Origin: Syntrophorhabdaceae bacterium
GTDB taxonomy: Bacteria > Desulfobacterota > Syntrophorhabdia > Syntrophorhabdales > Syntrophorhabdaceae
Reading direction: 5' to 3'
Assembly (NCBI GenBank): GCA_028698615.1
Contig: JAQVWF010000003.1
Location: 58,655 to 122,654 of the forward strand
Length of the DNA: 64,000 nt
Shown piece after piece: positions 38,006-46,898 of this stretch. How positions within the stretch are numbered: position 1 is the first letter of the stretch; each line of letters opens with the position of its first letter. Position numbers and translations under genes: made by a program. The notes under the pieces are model-generated. The model ran no database searches, was not told the origin of the DNA, and saw only the letters and a list, made by a program, of their open reading frames with translations.

Positions 38006-39807
38006 AGGAAGAAAATCTCTCCAGCAAGTATAAATGGTGCACCCTTGTTCTCGTCATAACCATGACGGTCCTCCTTATCAGGCTCTGGGACCTCCAGATA
38101 ATGCGCGGGTCGGAGATGCGGAGACTATCGGAGCAGAACCGCATCAGGGTCAAGAAGATAATCGCTCCCCGCGGCATCATATACGACAGGACGGGCAAGG
38201 TGCTCGCCGACACGCGTCCCTCCTTCAACATCTATCTTACCCCCGAGGACATCAGGGATTTCAGCCAGACTGTGGACGGGCTAGCCGAGCTTCTTGCCTG
38301 CAACCGCGAAGATATCATCGAAAAGATGAAGGACGCAAATGGAATGCCGCCCTCCTTTCCCATCAAGATCAGGTCCGACATACCCATGGATGAGGTTGCC
38401 CGCGTTGAGGCGCACCGCGTCTACATACCGGGCATTTCCATACAGATCGAGCCGAAGCGTAATTACCCCTACGGGGCATCCTTCGCGCATGTCATCGGCT
38501 ACGTATCGGAGGTAAGCAGCGAAGAAGTGAAGGACAGGGGGAAATACAGAGACTATTTCCCGGGCGATTATATCGGGAAATATGGCCTCGAAAGGTCGTA
38601 CGAGAACGACCTCAGGGGCGTGGACGGCGAAAAGCGGGTTGAAGTGGACGCCATTGGACGCGAGGTCAGGACCCTCGACGTCATCGATCCCGTTCCCGGT
38701 CACAGTCTTCACCTGAATATAGACCTCGAACTCCAGCTCAGCGCCGACAAGGCGCTGCAGACCAGAAAGGGTGCCGCGGTGGCCCTGAACCCGAAAACGG
38801 GCGGCGTCCTCGTCATGGCCAGCCGGCCCGGTTTCGATCCAAACCTCTTCGCTTCGGGGATATCCAAAAAAGACTGGCAGCAGATTGCGCTCAACAAGGC
38901 GCACCCTCTTCAAAACAGGGCCATCCAGGCCGGGTACCCGCCGGGATCGACCTTCAAGATACTCACCGCCCTCCAGGCCCTGGAACTCGGGATCATCAAC
39001 GAGCGCACCACCTTTACCTGCACGGGCGGTTTCGCCTATGGCAACCGCGTCTTCAAGTGCTGGAAGAAGGGGGGGCACGGCACGGTGTCCATCCATCGCG
39101 CCATCGTGGAATCCTGCGACGTCTATTTCTATAACGTGGGCCTCAAGCTGGGCGTTGACCGCATCCATGACTTCGGTACCGTTGTCGGTCTCGGGCGGGT
39201 CACGGGGGTTGACCTCCCCAACGAACAAAAAGGCCTCCTGCCATCAACGGAATGGAAGAAAAAACGCTATAACCAGCCCTGGTATGAAGGCGAGACCGTC
39301 TCCGTCGCCATCGGGCAGGGGGCAGTCTGGCTGACCCCGATCCAGCTTGCCCAGCTGTCGTCTTTCGTTGCCAACGACGGTAAAAATTTCAAACCCCAGG
39401 TTGTCAACCGTGTCGTGTCGACGGAGGGCAAGGTGGTCAAGACCTTCGAACCCGTGGTAAACGCCGACGTGAAATTCAAGCGGGGAGTAATAAAACTCGT
39501 CAAGGACGGCATGCAGGGTGTTGTCAACGAACCAGGCGGCACCGCCGGGGCCTCTCGCGTGGAAAATGTGCTCATGAGCGGCAAGACGGGCACTGCCCAG
39601 GCGGGTTCCGACAGGGTAAAACTTGGCGACCACGCCTGGTTCATTGCATATGCGCCCGCGGAGGATGCATCCATCGCCATGGCGATCCTCGTGGAGCACG
39701 GGCTCCACGGTTCATCCGCGGCCGCTCCAATAGCAAAGGGCATCACGGAGACGCTCTTCAAAGTCAAAACCGTCATAAAGGAAGCAAAGATAAATGAGAA
39801 TCGATAA
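38002..39807 (+). CDS. mrdA: penicillin-binding protein 2 (elongasome transpeptidase)
   Basis: PGSTFK (SxxK), SCD (SxN-like) and KTGTAQ (KTG) motifs. Confidence 0.92.
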   Translation: MKEENLSSKYKWCTLVLVITMTVLLIRLWDLQIMRGSEMRRLSEQNRIRVKKIIAPRGIIYDRTGKVLADTRPSFNIYLTPEDIRDFSQTVDGLAELLACNREDIIEKMKDANGMPPSFPIKIRSDIPMDEVARVEAHRVYIPGISIQIEPKRNYPYGASFAHVIGYVSEVSSEEVKDRGKYRDYFPGDYIGKYGLERSYENDLRGVDGEKRVEVDAIGREVRTLDVIDPVPGHSLHLNIDLELQLSADKALQTRKGAAVALNPKTGGVLVMASRPGFDPNLFASGISKKDWQQIALNKAHPLQNRAIQAGYPPGSTFKILTALQALELGIINERTTFTCTGGFAYGNRVFKCWKKGGHGTVSIHRAIVESCDVYFYNVGLKLGVDRIHDFGTVVGLGRVTGVDLPNEQKGLLPSTEWKKKRYNQPWYEGETVSVAIGQGAVWLTPIQLAQLSSFVANDGKNFKPQVVNRVVSTEGKVVKTFEPVVNADVKFKRGVIKLVKDGMQGVVNEPGGTAGASRVENVLMSGKTGTAQAGSDRVKLGDHAWFIAYAPAEDASIAMAILVEHGLHGSSAAAPIAKGITETLFKVKTVIKEAKINENR

Positions 39808-40900
39808 ACGGAGATACTACCATCTCGACTGGTACCTCATCATAAATGGTCTTATAATATTCGGAATCGGCATCCTGAACCTCGTGAGCGCCACGAGCTC
39901 CTTTTCCAGCGGATCCTACAATTTTATCATCAAGCAGCTCATAGCATTCGCCGCGGGGCTTGTGCTCATCGTCATTATCATGTACTACGACTACCGCATC
40001 ATAGCCAGCCATTCCCGATGGATCTACCTGGGAGGTATCTTCCTTGTCGTCCTTGTCCTTGTCATCGGGCTCGCCGCGGGCGGCGCCAAGCGATGGATAA
40101 GCCTCTTCGGTTTCAGTATCCAGCCGTCAGAGTTGATGAAGCCCATTCTCGTCGTCTTCCTTGCGAACATGCTCTATGACAAAAAGAGGCAGAACATCCC
40201 GCTGAGCCTGAAGGACATCGGCAAACCTCTCCTGTGGACCCTCATACCCTTCGTCCTTATCGTGAAGCAGCCAGACCTTGGAACGGGCATCGTCATCATC
40301 CTCGTCTGTTTCGCCATCCTCTGGTATGTGGGTCTCAAGAAATCCACCTATGCCGTCATTTTCGGCGTAGGGGCCATCTCGCCGTTCTTTGCCTGGAACT
40401 ATCTCATGAAGCCCTATCAGAAGATGCGCGTCCTGAGTTTCATCAACATCGATGCGGACCCGGCCGGTTTCGGATATCACGCGAAACAGGCCATCATTGC
40501 CGTGGGGTCGGGGAAATTCCTGGGCAAAGGTTTCATGAACGGTACGCAGCACAAGCTCCAGTTCATACCTGAACATCATACGGACTTCATTTTTACGGTC
40601 TTCAGTGAAGAGTGGGGCTTCATCGGCTCCGTCATCCTATTCGCCCTTTTCATATCATTCATCAACCGGTGCCTGAAGATAGCCATGAACGCCCATGATG
40701 AACTGGGCTCGATCGTAGCCTTCGGCATTGCCTCCATTATCTGGGTTCAGTTCACCATCAACGTCCTGATGGCCATACACCTCGCCCCCGTTGTGGGCAT
40801 ACCCCTGCCCTTTATCAGCTACGGCGGCTCTTCCCTGATCTCAATGATGATATCCGTAGGCCTGCTTCTCAACATCAGTACACGAAGATATATGTTTTAG
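39794..40900 (+). CDS. rodA: SEDS peptidoglycan polymerase RodA
   Basis: FSIQPSELMK, EHHTDFIF and PLPFISYGGSS SEDS motifs. Confidence 0.92.
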   Translation: MRIDKRRYYHLDWYLIINGLIIFGIGILNLVSATSSFSSGSYNFIIKQLIAFAAGLVLIVIIMYYDYRIIASHSRWIYLGGIFLVVLVLVIGLAAGGAKRWISLFGFSIQPSELMKPILVVFLANMLYDKKRQNIPLSLKDIGKPLLWTLIPFVLIVKQPDLGTGIVIILVCFAILWYVGLKKSTYAVIFGVGAISPFFAWNYLMKPYQKMRVLSFINIDADPAGFGYHAKQAIIAVGSGKFLGKGFMNGTQHKLQFIPEHHTDFIFTVFSEEWGFIGSVILFALFISFINRCLKIAMNAHDELGSIVAFGIASIIWVQFTINVLMAIHLAPVVGIPLPFISYGGSSLISMMISVGLLLNISTRRYMF

Positions 40901-41020
40901 AGGCGGTTTCAGGTTTCAGCCGAAAGAATGGAAAACAACTGCTGAAGAAACAGGCCCAACAGGCCATACAAATCCTGCGGAGCCTGTTTCTTTTTCTGCC
41001 TGAAGCCTGAAACCGCCTCT
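40899..41020. repeat. 122-bp palindromic element bounded by 21-bp GGTTTCA-type inverted repeats
   Basis: AGAGGCGGTTTCAGGTTTCAG (40899-40919) versus CTGAAGCCTGAAACCGCCTCT (41000-41020) gives 20/21 complementarity. An inner imperfect stem pairs GAAGAAACAGGC with GCCTGTTTCTTT. Starts inside the rodA TAG stop. Confidence 0.7.
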
Positions 41021-41116
41021 ACGTAAGAAGGCCGGGGCTGCTGGTGCCTTTATAGCCCCGGTCTTCATGTGGTATATACCACGGGGCCGGCAAGAGTCGG
41101 CCCTTTGCAGACTGTT

Positions 41117-41629
41117 TCAGATCTTCATCTCGAGATTGATCATGTCTCCCCTTTTGAAACCCATCCTGTCAAAGAATCGGAGGAGATCCCAATCTCTCCA
41201 GTTCACGAAGACGTAGATCGTATCGACGCCAACCTTTTTGAACATGGAAAACATCTCCCGGAAAAGAAGTCTGGCGACGCCTTTTTTTTGATACTCTTTC
41301 CTGATGCCCAGGGTGTCTATCCATGCAATGTTTTCGGGTATGCCGTATTCCCAACCGCTGGCGCTGCCGAGAATGAACCCGATGACCCGGTCGTCTAACT
41401 CAGCGGCAAGCGAGGGGATCCCGGACACCTCGGCCCTCTCCAATCTGACCTCCCAATAGTCCCTTCTTTTTGTCCCGAGGAGTGATTCGTCGATATCGGT
41501 GACGGCATCCAGATCTCTTAAAGTAAGCACTTTCAACTTGACGGGCCCAATGAGATCCACGGCTCTATGCCTCCCGCGCATTACTTCTTTTCTTACTGTC
41601 GAGTATAGCAGACAAAAGACGGATGTCAA
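41117..41629 (-). CDS. GNAT family N-acetyltransferase
   Basis: IRKEYQKKGVARLLF (Q/RxxGxA acetyl-CoA motif). The start is uncertain (M1 or M17). Confidence 0.75.
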   Translation of the reverse strand: MTSVFCLLYSTVRKEVMRGRHRAVDLIGPVKLKVLTLRDLDAVTDIDESLLGTKRRDYWEVRLERAEVSGIPSLAAELDDRVIGFILGSASGWEYGIPENIAWIDTLGIRKEYQKKGVARLLFREMFSMFKKVGVDTIYVFVNWRDWDLLRFFDRMGFKRGDMINLEMKI

Positions 41630-41707
41630 TGAGCGTGAAGCGCAAGGAGCAAGACAAAAACGGTCACACCTTGCCTTGCACCTTACGCTTCACGGGTTGT
41701 TTTGTTC

Positions 41708-41735
41708 TTGAAACAAAAGCAAAAACTGCTATAAT
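41708..41735 (+). promoter_or_regulatory. sigma70-type promoter TTGAAA-16-TGCTATAAT. The -10 ends 5 nt before the ruvX ATG.
   Basis: -35 at 41708-41713 and -10 TATAAT at 41730-41735, with ATG at 41741. No SD sequence is possible, which suggests a leaderless mRNA. Confidence 0.45.
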
Positions 41736-41740
41736 AATTG

Positions 41741-42157
41741 ATGCGTATACTGGGATTGGATGTGGGGGACAAGAAGATCGGGGTATCTTTATCCGACCCC
41801 ACACTTTCGATCGCCCAGGGCTTAAAGTTGTACCGCCGCGCTTCCCTCGAGGAGGATGTCGAGGAGTTCAAGCGCATCGTGAAGGAACATGAGGTCGGGG
41901 AGATCGTTATCGGCCTTCCCAAGAACCTGAACGGCACAATCGGAACAAGGGCGCAGAAAGTCATGGGGCTTGCCGACACGATCCGTGAATCGGTGGCCAT
42001 ACCCGTTACCCTCTGGGACGAGCGCTTCAGCACGAATGAGGCACACAGGGTCTTCGACATGGCTGAGGTGCGCCACAAGAAGAGAAGACCTTATCTGGAT
42101 ATCATGGCGGCACAGATAATTCTGCAGGGATACCTTGATGCTCGCAGCGCGCGATAA
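41741..42157 (+). CDS. ruvX: Holliday junction resolvase-like RuvX/YqgF
   Basis: MRILGLDVGDKKIGV...DERFST. Confidence 0.9.
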   Translation: MRILGLDVGDKKIGVSLSDPTLSIAQGLKLYRRASLEEDVEEFKRIVKEHEVGEIVIGLPKNLNGTIGTRAQKVMGLADTIRESVAIPVTLWDERFSTNEAHRVFDMAEVRHKKRRPYLDIMAAQIILQGYLDARSAR

Positions 42158-43136
42158 GAAGACCATCGTCATCGCCATCATCATATTCATTTTCTCGCAG
42201 ACCCTGATATTTGCCTGTACCCCCCGGGATAGCGACCGGTCGACACACTCCATCGTTGTTAAACAGGGCACGGGGGTCAGGGAGATAGCCGATATCCTTA
42301 AGAAGGAGGGCTTTATCTATTCATCGACGCTCTTCACCATCGGCTCTCTCATTTACAGAGGCCGGCTCATAGCCGGTGAATACGAACTCAGGCGGGACAT
42401 GTCCGCCATTGAGATAGTCATGAAGATGGGACAGGGCAAACGGAAGATCTATGCCCTGAAGATCATCGAGGGCCACAATATATACACCATAGCTGAGACC
42501 ATCGACCGAAGCGGCATCATGACAAAGCAGGAATTCCTCGAGCTTGCCATGAACAGGACATATCTCGACAGCATGGGCATCCGTGCCGATTCTCTCGAAG
42601 GATATCTGTTCTCGGACACCTACTTCTACAGCAAAGAGATCGACAGGGAAAAGTTCATTGAAGGGATCGTACGCAGAACGATGAGGATATTTAATGACGA
42701 AGGCATCCAGCAGAAGATGGCCTCTCTCAACATGGACATACACAAGACGCTCACCCTCGCCTCAATGATCGAGAAAGAATCTAGGGGACCTGAAGAGAAA
42801 CCACTGGTGTCCGCTGTGTTCCACAACAGACTTCTGCGCGGCATGTCCTTTGACTGCGATCCCACGGTCATTTATGGAACGAAAGGTTTCGGGGCCCCCA
42901 TCAGGAAGGTCGACCTTGCGACCCGCACCCCTTACAATACCTATGTGTTCAAGGGGTACCCCAAGGGACCGATCTGCAACCCCTCAAGGGTCTCCATAAT
43001 GGCGGCGCTCAACCCGGCGCCTGTCGATTATCTTTATTTCGTCTCCAAGAACGATGGCACCCATGTCTTCTCGCGAGACATGGCTGAACATAATAGGTTC
43101 GTTGAAATGTATCAGAGAAACAGGACAACACAATAA
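42138..43136 (+). CDS. mltG: endolytic murein transglycosylase MltG
   Basis: N-terminal TM segment and YceG-like domain (LASMIEKE, VFHNRL, DPTVIYG, YNTY). Confidence 0.9.
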   Translation: MLAARDKKTIVIAIIIFIFSQTLIFACTPRDSDRSTHSIVVKQGTGVREIADILKKEGFIYSSTLFTIGSLIYRGRLIAGEYELRRDMSAIEIVMKMGQGKRKIYALKIIEGHNIYTIAETIDRSGIMTKQEFLELAMNRTYLDSMGIRADSLEGYLFSDTYFYSKEIDREKFIEGIVRRTMRIFNDEGIQQKMASLNMDIHKTLTLASMIEKESRGPEEKPLVSAVFHNRLLRGMSFDCDPTVIYGTKGFGAPIRKVDLATRTPYNTYVFKGYPKGPICNPSRVSIMAALNPAPVDYLYFVSKNDGTHVFSRDMAEHNRFVEMYQRNRTTQ

Positions 43137-43150
43137 TAAAGGAGGAATGT

Positions 43151-44332
43151 ATGGCAAAAGATGTTGCAGTTATTGGCGTTGGCCAGAGTTCATTCGTCAG
43201 GGGCTATGAAGGCTCCATAAGGGAACTGGCCTTCGAAGCCTTCAGAGAAGCAATGCAGGACGCAAACCTCACTACCAAGGACGTGGATGCATCAGTATTC
43301 TGCTCTGCCCCCGAATATGACAAGCAGAGATCTCCCGCGGGCGTGCTCGCAGAGTATCTCGGACTTGTCCCTCAGCCGACATTCTACGTAGAGACAGTAT
43401 GCTCGTCAAGCACAGTTGGCGTCAAGATCGGTTACAGTATGATCAAAGCCGGTCTCCACGACATCGTCGTCGTCTGCGGTTTCCAGAAGATGTCCGAGAT
43501 CACCTCTGCCGAGTCCCAGGAAAGAATGGGTCGCGGCGGCGACATCCAGTGGGAAGCCCCCTTCGGCACCATGATGCCCGCCTATTACGCGCTCTATGCC
43601 CAGGCCTACCTGGCGAAGAACGGCCTTACCCTTGACGACCTCAGGGATGTAAGGGTAAAGGCAGCCACCTACGGCCAGATCAATGAAAGGGCCGTATACC
43701 GCAAAGGCGTAAAGCCTGAGGATTTCGATCCTAAAAACCCCGATGCAAAGATGGCAGGCCCCGTTGCCTCACCGCTTCGCGTCGGCGACTGCTGTGCCAA
43801 CGCGGACGGCAGCTCATGCATCATCCTTGCCAGCGCAGAAAAGGCAAAGATATTCTCAAAGAAACCCGTCTGGATCCTTGGCATAGGCGCGGCGTCAGAG
43901 GTGGTCAACATGGCGGCCAGGCCCGATTTCTCCAAGGGCATCCAGGTTGCAAAGGCAGCAGCCAACGTTGCCTACAAGATGGCAGGCGTAGGCCCGAAAG
44001 ACATAAACGTCGCAGAAGTCCATGACTGCTTCACCATCGCAGAGATCATGGCATACGAAGGCCTCGGATTCGCACCCGAAGGCGACGGCAAACAGCTCAT
44101 CCGGGAAAAGGCAACGTACAAAGAAGGCAGGATCCCCGTGAACGTAGACGGTGGTCTCCTCTCAAAAGGCCACCCGATCGGAGCCACAGGCGGGTCGCAG
44201 ATAAGAACGATCGTCCTTCAGCTCCGGGACGAAGCCGGCCCGATGCAGGTCAAAGATCCTCAGATCGGCCTCAACCACAATATCGGCGGGGTAGGCCTCT
44301 ACGGAAACGTCACAATTTTTGGGAGGGACTAA
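43151..44332 (+). CDS. thiolase domain protein (SCP-x/archaeal-type)
   Basis: VETVCSSS active-site Cys, GHPIGATG, NIGGVG. AAGGAGG RBS. Confidence 0.85.
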   Translation: MAKDVAVIGVGQSSFVRGYEGSIRELAFEAFREAMQDANLTTKDVDASVFCSAPEYDKQRSPAGVLAEYLGLVPQPTFYVETVCSSSTVGVKIGYSMIKAGLHDIVVVCGFQKMSEITSAESQERMGRGGDIQWEAPFGTMMPAYYALYAQAYLAKNGLTLDDLRDVRVKAATYGQINERAVYRKGVKPEDFDPKNPDAKMAGPVASPLRVGDCCANADGSSCIILASAEKAKIFSKKPVWILGIGAASEVVNMAARPDFSKGIQVAKAAANVAYKMAGVGPKDINVAEVHDCFTIAEIMAYEGLGFAPEGDGKQLIREKATYKEGRIPVNVDGGLLSKGHPIGATGGSQIRTIVLQLRDEAGPMQVKDPQIGLNHNIGGVGLYGNVTIFGRD

Positions 44333-44333
44333 G

Positions 44334-44741
44334 ATGGGATTCGATAAATTTGGAAGAAAAAGCTTCACCAGTTTCACCAAAACAGGAAAATTCGTCGACC
44401 TCCTTGCAGAAGGCAAGGTAGAAGGCACAGTCTGCAAGCAGTGCGGAGCGAAATATTTCCCTCCCAGGGCCGACTGCGCAAAATGCCTCTCGAAAGAGAT
44501 GGATTGGTTTGGACTGCCCCCGAAGGGCACCCTCGAGACCTTCACCACGGCAATGTATGCTCCCTTCGGCTTTGAAGCCGATGCGCCTTACACGATGGCA
44601 GTCGTCGATTTCGGCGGCGGCCTCAAGGCCTTCGCCCGTCTCTCAAAGGACTTCGCCGACCCGAAAATAGGCATGGACGTTGCGGTCAGGCCCCTCAAGT
44701 ATGATGACGGCCAGATAAGCTTCGAGATAGCAAAAGCATAA
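44334..44741 (+). CDS. Zn-ribbon/OB-fold protein (DUF35), thiolase partner
   Basis: CKQCGAKYFPPRADCAKC rubredoxin-like ribbon plus an OB fold. GGGAGG RBS. ATG lies 2 nt after the thiolase stop. Confidence 0.8.
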   Translation: MGFDKFGRKSFTSFTKTGKFVDLLAEGKVEGTVCKQCGAKYFPPRADCAKCLSKEMDWFGLPPKGTLETFTTAMYAPFGFEADAPYTMAVVDFGGGLKAFARLSKDFADPKIGMDVAVRPLKYDDGQISFEIAKA

Positions 44742-44756
44742 GAAAAGAGTGCCAAC

Positions 44757-44786
44757 AAAAAAGGCTGCCTCCGGGCAGCCTTTTTT
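44757..44786 (+). terminator. rho-independent (bidirectional-looking) terminator
   Basis: AAAAAAGGCTGCC-TCCG-GGCAGCCTTTTTT: a GC-rich 9-bp stem flanked by an A-run and a T-run. Confidence 0.8.
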
Positions 44787-44790
44787 GTTG

Positions 44791-44865
44791 TTCCATGTTT
44801 CACGTTTCAGGCTCAGGACAAGAATCAGTGTATCTTGTTTTTACTTGAAACATGGAACATGAAAC
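44791..44865. repeat. inverted ATGTTTCA/TGAAACAT heptamer-type repeats
   Basis: TTCCATGTTTCA (44791-44802) is a perfect inverted repeat of TGAAACATGGAA (44847-44858). Flanked by CGTTTCAGGCTCAGG and ACATGAAAC units. Confidence 0.6.
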
Positions 44866-44898
44866 TCTCTCTTCCCTTATCCCGCCATTTCTTTTACA

Positions 44899-46107
44899 AT
44901 GAATAATCACGAGGGGGAAACAATCTTGACCAAGTCGTTCATATTGGAGCTGTTCAGCGCGGCGGCCATGCAGCGCTGGAATGACAAGATACGGCCCGTG
45001 GAGCTCAAGGAGCTTGACAAACAGGCTCACAAGATGACAATTGCCTATTTTCTTGGCAAGTTCGAAGAGTCAAAGGCGGGGTTCAACTGGCTCGAGGTTA
45101 TTGAGGGTGGGCTCTTCGAATTTTTGGAAAGACTTGTCATAACGGACCTGAAACCTCAGATATTCAACAGGATTAAGGAAGACAGGAAACGGTACGAGGA
45201 ACTGACGAAATGGGTGTACAAGAAGTTGGAACCTGTTATTTCCCCCCTGGGCAGCGGCTTTCTCGAGCGTTTCAGGCACTATTTCTCCAGCACAGACAAT
45301 ACGATCAACAAACGGATCATCAATGCCGCTCATTTTTACGCCACCCGTTGGGAGTTCGGCATTATCGAACGTGCCAACCCAACCGGCTACGAGATACCGG
45401 AGATCAGGGGTTTCCTGCAGCAAAGGCAGGAGCGTTATTACGACCTGACGGGCATCCAGCAGCTTGCCCTGTACGAGAAATATCGGAACTTCCTCGACCT
45501 CTGCGGCCAGCTGCGTTTCCAGTACCGCTGGAGCCATCTCAACATGATACCCCGCACCTCGGTGCTCGGCCACATGCTCATCGTCGCCATTCTTTCCTAT
45601 CTCTTCTCCCTTGAGATCGGCGCCTGCCCGAAGCGCTGCTTCAACAATTATTTTACAGGCCTTTTTCACGACCTGCCGGAGGTGCTTACCCGGGACATAA
45701 TATCCCCCGTCAAACGCTCCATCGAGGGCCTCGACTCCCTCATCAAGGCCTACGAGAAAGAACAAATGGATAAGGAAGTCTTCAACCTCATTCCTTCCGG
45801 ATGGCACGGGGAGATGAAAACCTTCACCGAAGACGAGTTCAGCAGTATTGCCCTCGTCAACGGCACCATCGTCAAGACCGATACGGAAACCATATCCCGC
45901 CAGTACAACGAAGATCATTTCAATCCCCGGGACGGGGCCATGGTAAAGGCCGTCGACGACCTCACCGCTTATGTCGAAACCTTCTGCTCCATGGAAAACG
46001 GCGTCAAGTCCCCGGAACTCTCGGAGGCCCGTCTGTCAATCAGTGAGAAATACAGGAATGTCATGATAGGCGGCATACACTTTCCCACCCTTTTCGGACA
46101 ATTCTAG
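44899..46107 (+). CDS. HD-domain phosphohydrolase, YfbR-like, with a degenerate duplicated N-terminal module
   Basis: C-terminal half: YRWSHL..RTSVLGHMLIVA...GLFHDLPEVLTRDIISPVK...DDL (H..HD..D). N-terminal half repeats the pattern without the HD dyad: QRWNDK...AHKMTIAYFL...LFEFLERLVITDLKPQIFNRIK. Confidence 0.7.
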   Translation: MNNHEGETILTKSFILELFSAAAMQRWNDKIRPVELKELDKQAHKMTIAYFLGKFEESKAGFNWLEVIEGGLFEFLERLVITDLKPQIFNRIKEDRKRYEELTKWVYKKLEPVISPLGSGFLERFRHYFSSTDNTINKRIINAAHFYATRWEFGIIERANPTGYEIPEIRGFLQQRQERYYDLTGIQQLALYEKYRNFLDLCGQLRFQYRWSHLNMIPRTSVLGHMLIVAILSYLFSLEIGACPKRCFNNYFTGLFHDLPEVLTRDIISPVKRSIEGLDSLIKAYEKEQMDKEVFNLIPSGWHGEMKTFTEDEFSSIALVNGTIVKTDTETISRQYNEDHFNPRDGAMVKAVDDLTAYVETFCSMENGVKSPELSEARLSISEKYRNVMIGGIHFPTLFGQF

Positions 46108-46745
46108 AAGACCGTTTCAAGTTTCAGGCGCAGTACGGCGACCACCCTTCCCTGGATGCGGACGTTGGCCCCGTCGTGGTACATGGGGAGCATGTAGGGA
46201 TTGCAGGGTTGGAGCCTTATCTTGTCTTTTTCGAAATAGACCTTCTTGAGGGTAACCTCCTGCTCGTTCTCAAGCCAGCATGCCGCCACATCGCCGTTCT
46301 TTATGTCGGCCGCCTGTTCCATCACCACAATGTCCGAATCGGCGATCATGGCATCCACCATGGAGTTTCCCCTGACCTGAAGGGCGAAAAGGTCCTTCCC
46401 GCCCTTGAAGACCTCCCGGGGCACGTCTATCATCCTTTGCGCCTCGGAGCTCCATTTGTCCACCGACGGTACCCCTATGGGCTGACCGGCGGCTATGACA
46501 CCGAGAAGGGGTACCTGTGGAACCTCCCCCTCTTCACCGACAACACCGACGCTTCTGGACCTGTCCTTGTCTCTTGTTATCAGGCCCGCCTGCTGCAGCT
46601 GATCGAGGTGATACTGCACCACGGAGGGACTCTTTATCCCGCAATGACGGGCAACCTCCCGCACCGACGGGGAATAGCCGTTTTCCCGCCGGAAGGTCCT
46701 GATAAAGCCGAGTATCTTCTCCCTTGTATCCGTCCTCCGAGACAT
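46104..46745 (-). CDS. lexA: LexA repressor
   Basis: N-terminal wHTH (GYSPSVREVARHCGIKSPSVVQYHLDQL), GNSM catalytic Ser and a downstream Lys (TLKKV). Confidence 0.92.
   Translation of the reverse strand: MSRRTDTREKILGFIRTFRRENGYSPSVREVARHCGIKSPSVVQYHLDQLQQAGLITRDKDRSRSVGVVGEEGEVPQVPLLGVIAAGQPIGVPSVDKWSSEAQRMIDVPREVFKGGKDLFALQVRGNSMVDAMIADSDIVVMEQAADIKNGDVAACWLENEQEVTLKKVYFEKDKIRLQPCNPYMLPMYHDGANVRIQGRVVAVLRLKLETVF
46110..46128. repeat. GTTTCA-type junction repeat GACCGTTTCAAGTTTCAGG
   Basis: Immediately follows the HD-gene TAG stop. Encodes the last residues (LKLETVF) of LexA on the other strand. Confidence 0.55.
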
Positions 46746-46758
46746 GGCACCCTCCTGT

Positions 46759-46774
46759 TAGAACAAGTGTACTA
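46759..46774. promoter_or_regulatory. candidate LexA operator (imperfect) upstream of lexA
   Basis: TAGAACAAGTGTACTA (GAAC-N4-GTAC), directly upstream of the lexA AGGAGG RBS. Confidence 0.45.
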
Positions 46775-46801
46775 CATCACAAAAGGGGAAGAAAGAAAAA
46801 A

Positions 46802-46845
46802 GTTTCAGGTTTCAGGTTGAAAAACAAACAACTGAAACCTGAAAC
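46802..46845. repeat. GGTTTCA-repeat hairpin in the lexA-imuB divergent region
   Basis: GTTTCAGGTTTCAGGTTG / CAACTGAAACCTGAAAC: 17 bp with one bulge and a loop AAAAACAAA. On the minus strand it is followed by TTTTTTCTTTC. Confidence 0.65.
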
Positions 46846-46862
46846 AATCTTTAAAAAACCGC

Positions 46863-46891
46863 TTGCCTTAGTAGAACATTTGTTCTAGACT
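46863..46891 (+). promoter_or_regulatory. imuB promoter TTGCCT-17-TAGACT with an embedded LexA operator TAGAACATTTGTTCTA
   Basis: The operator at 46872-46887 (GAAC-N4-GTTC, perfect TAGAAC/GTTCTA arms) overlaps the spacer and the start of the -10. The -10 ends 7 nt before ATG 46899 and there is no SD sequence. Confidence 0.6.
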
Positions 46892-46898
46892 GTTTGTT

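Noticed and set aside
38281-39228. 315-aa ORF antisense to mrdA, and similar antisense ORFs in dnaE2, lptD, folC and the bcr genes
   Set aside because: These are mirror-frame artefacts inside confidently identified genes.
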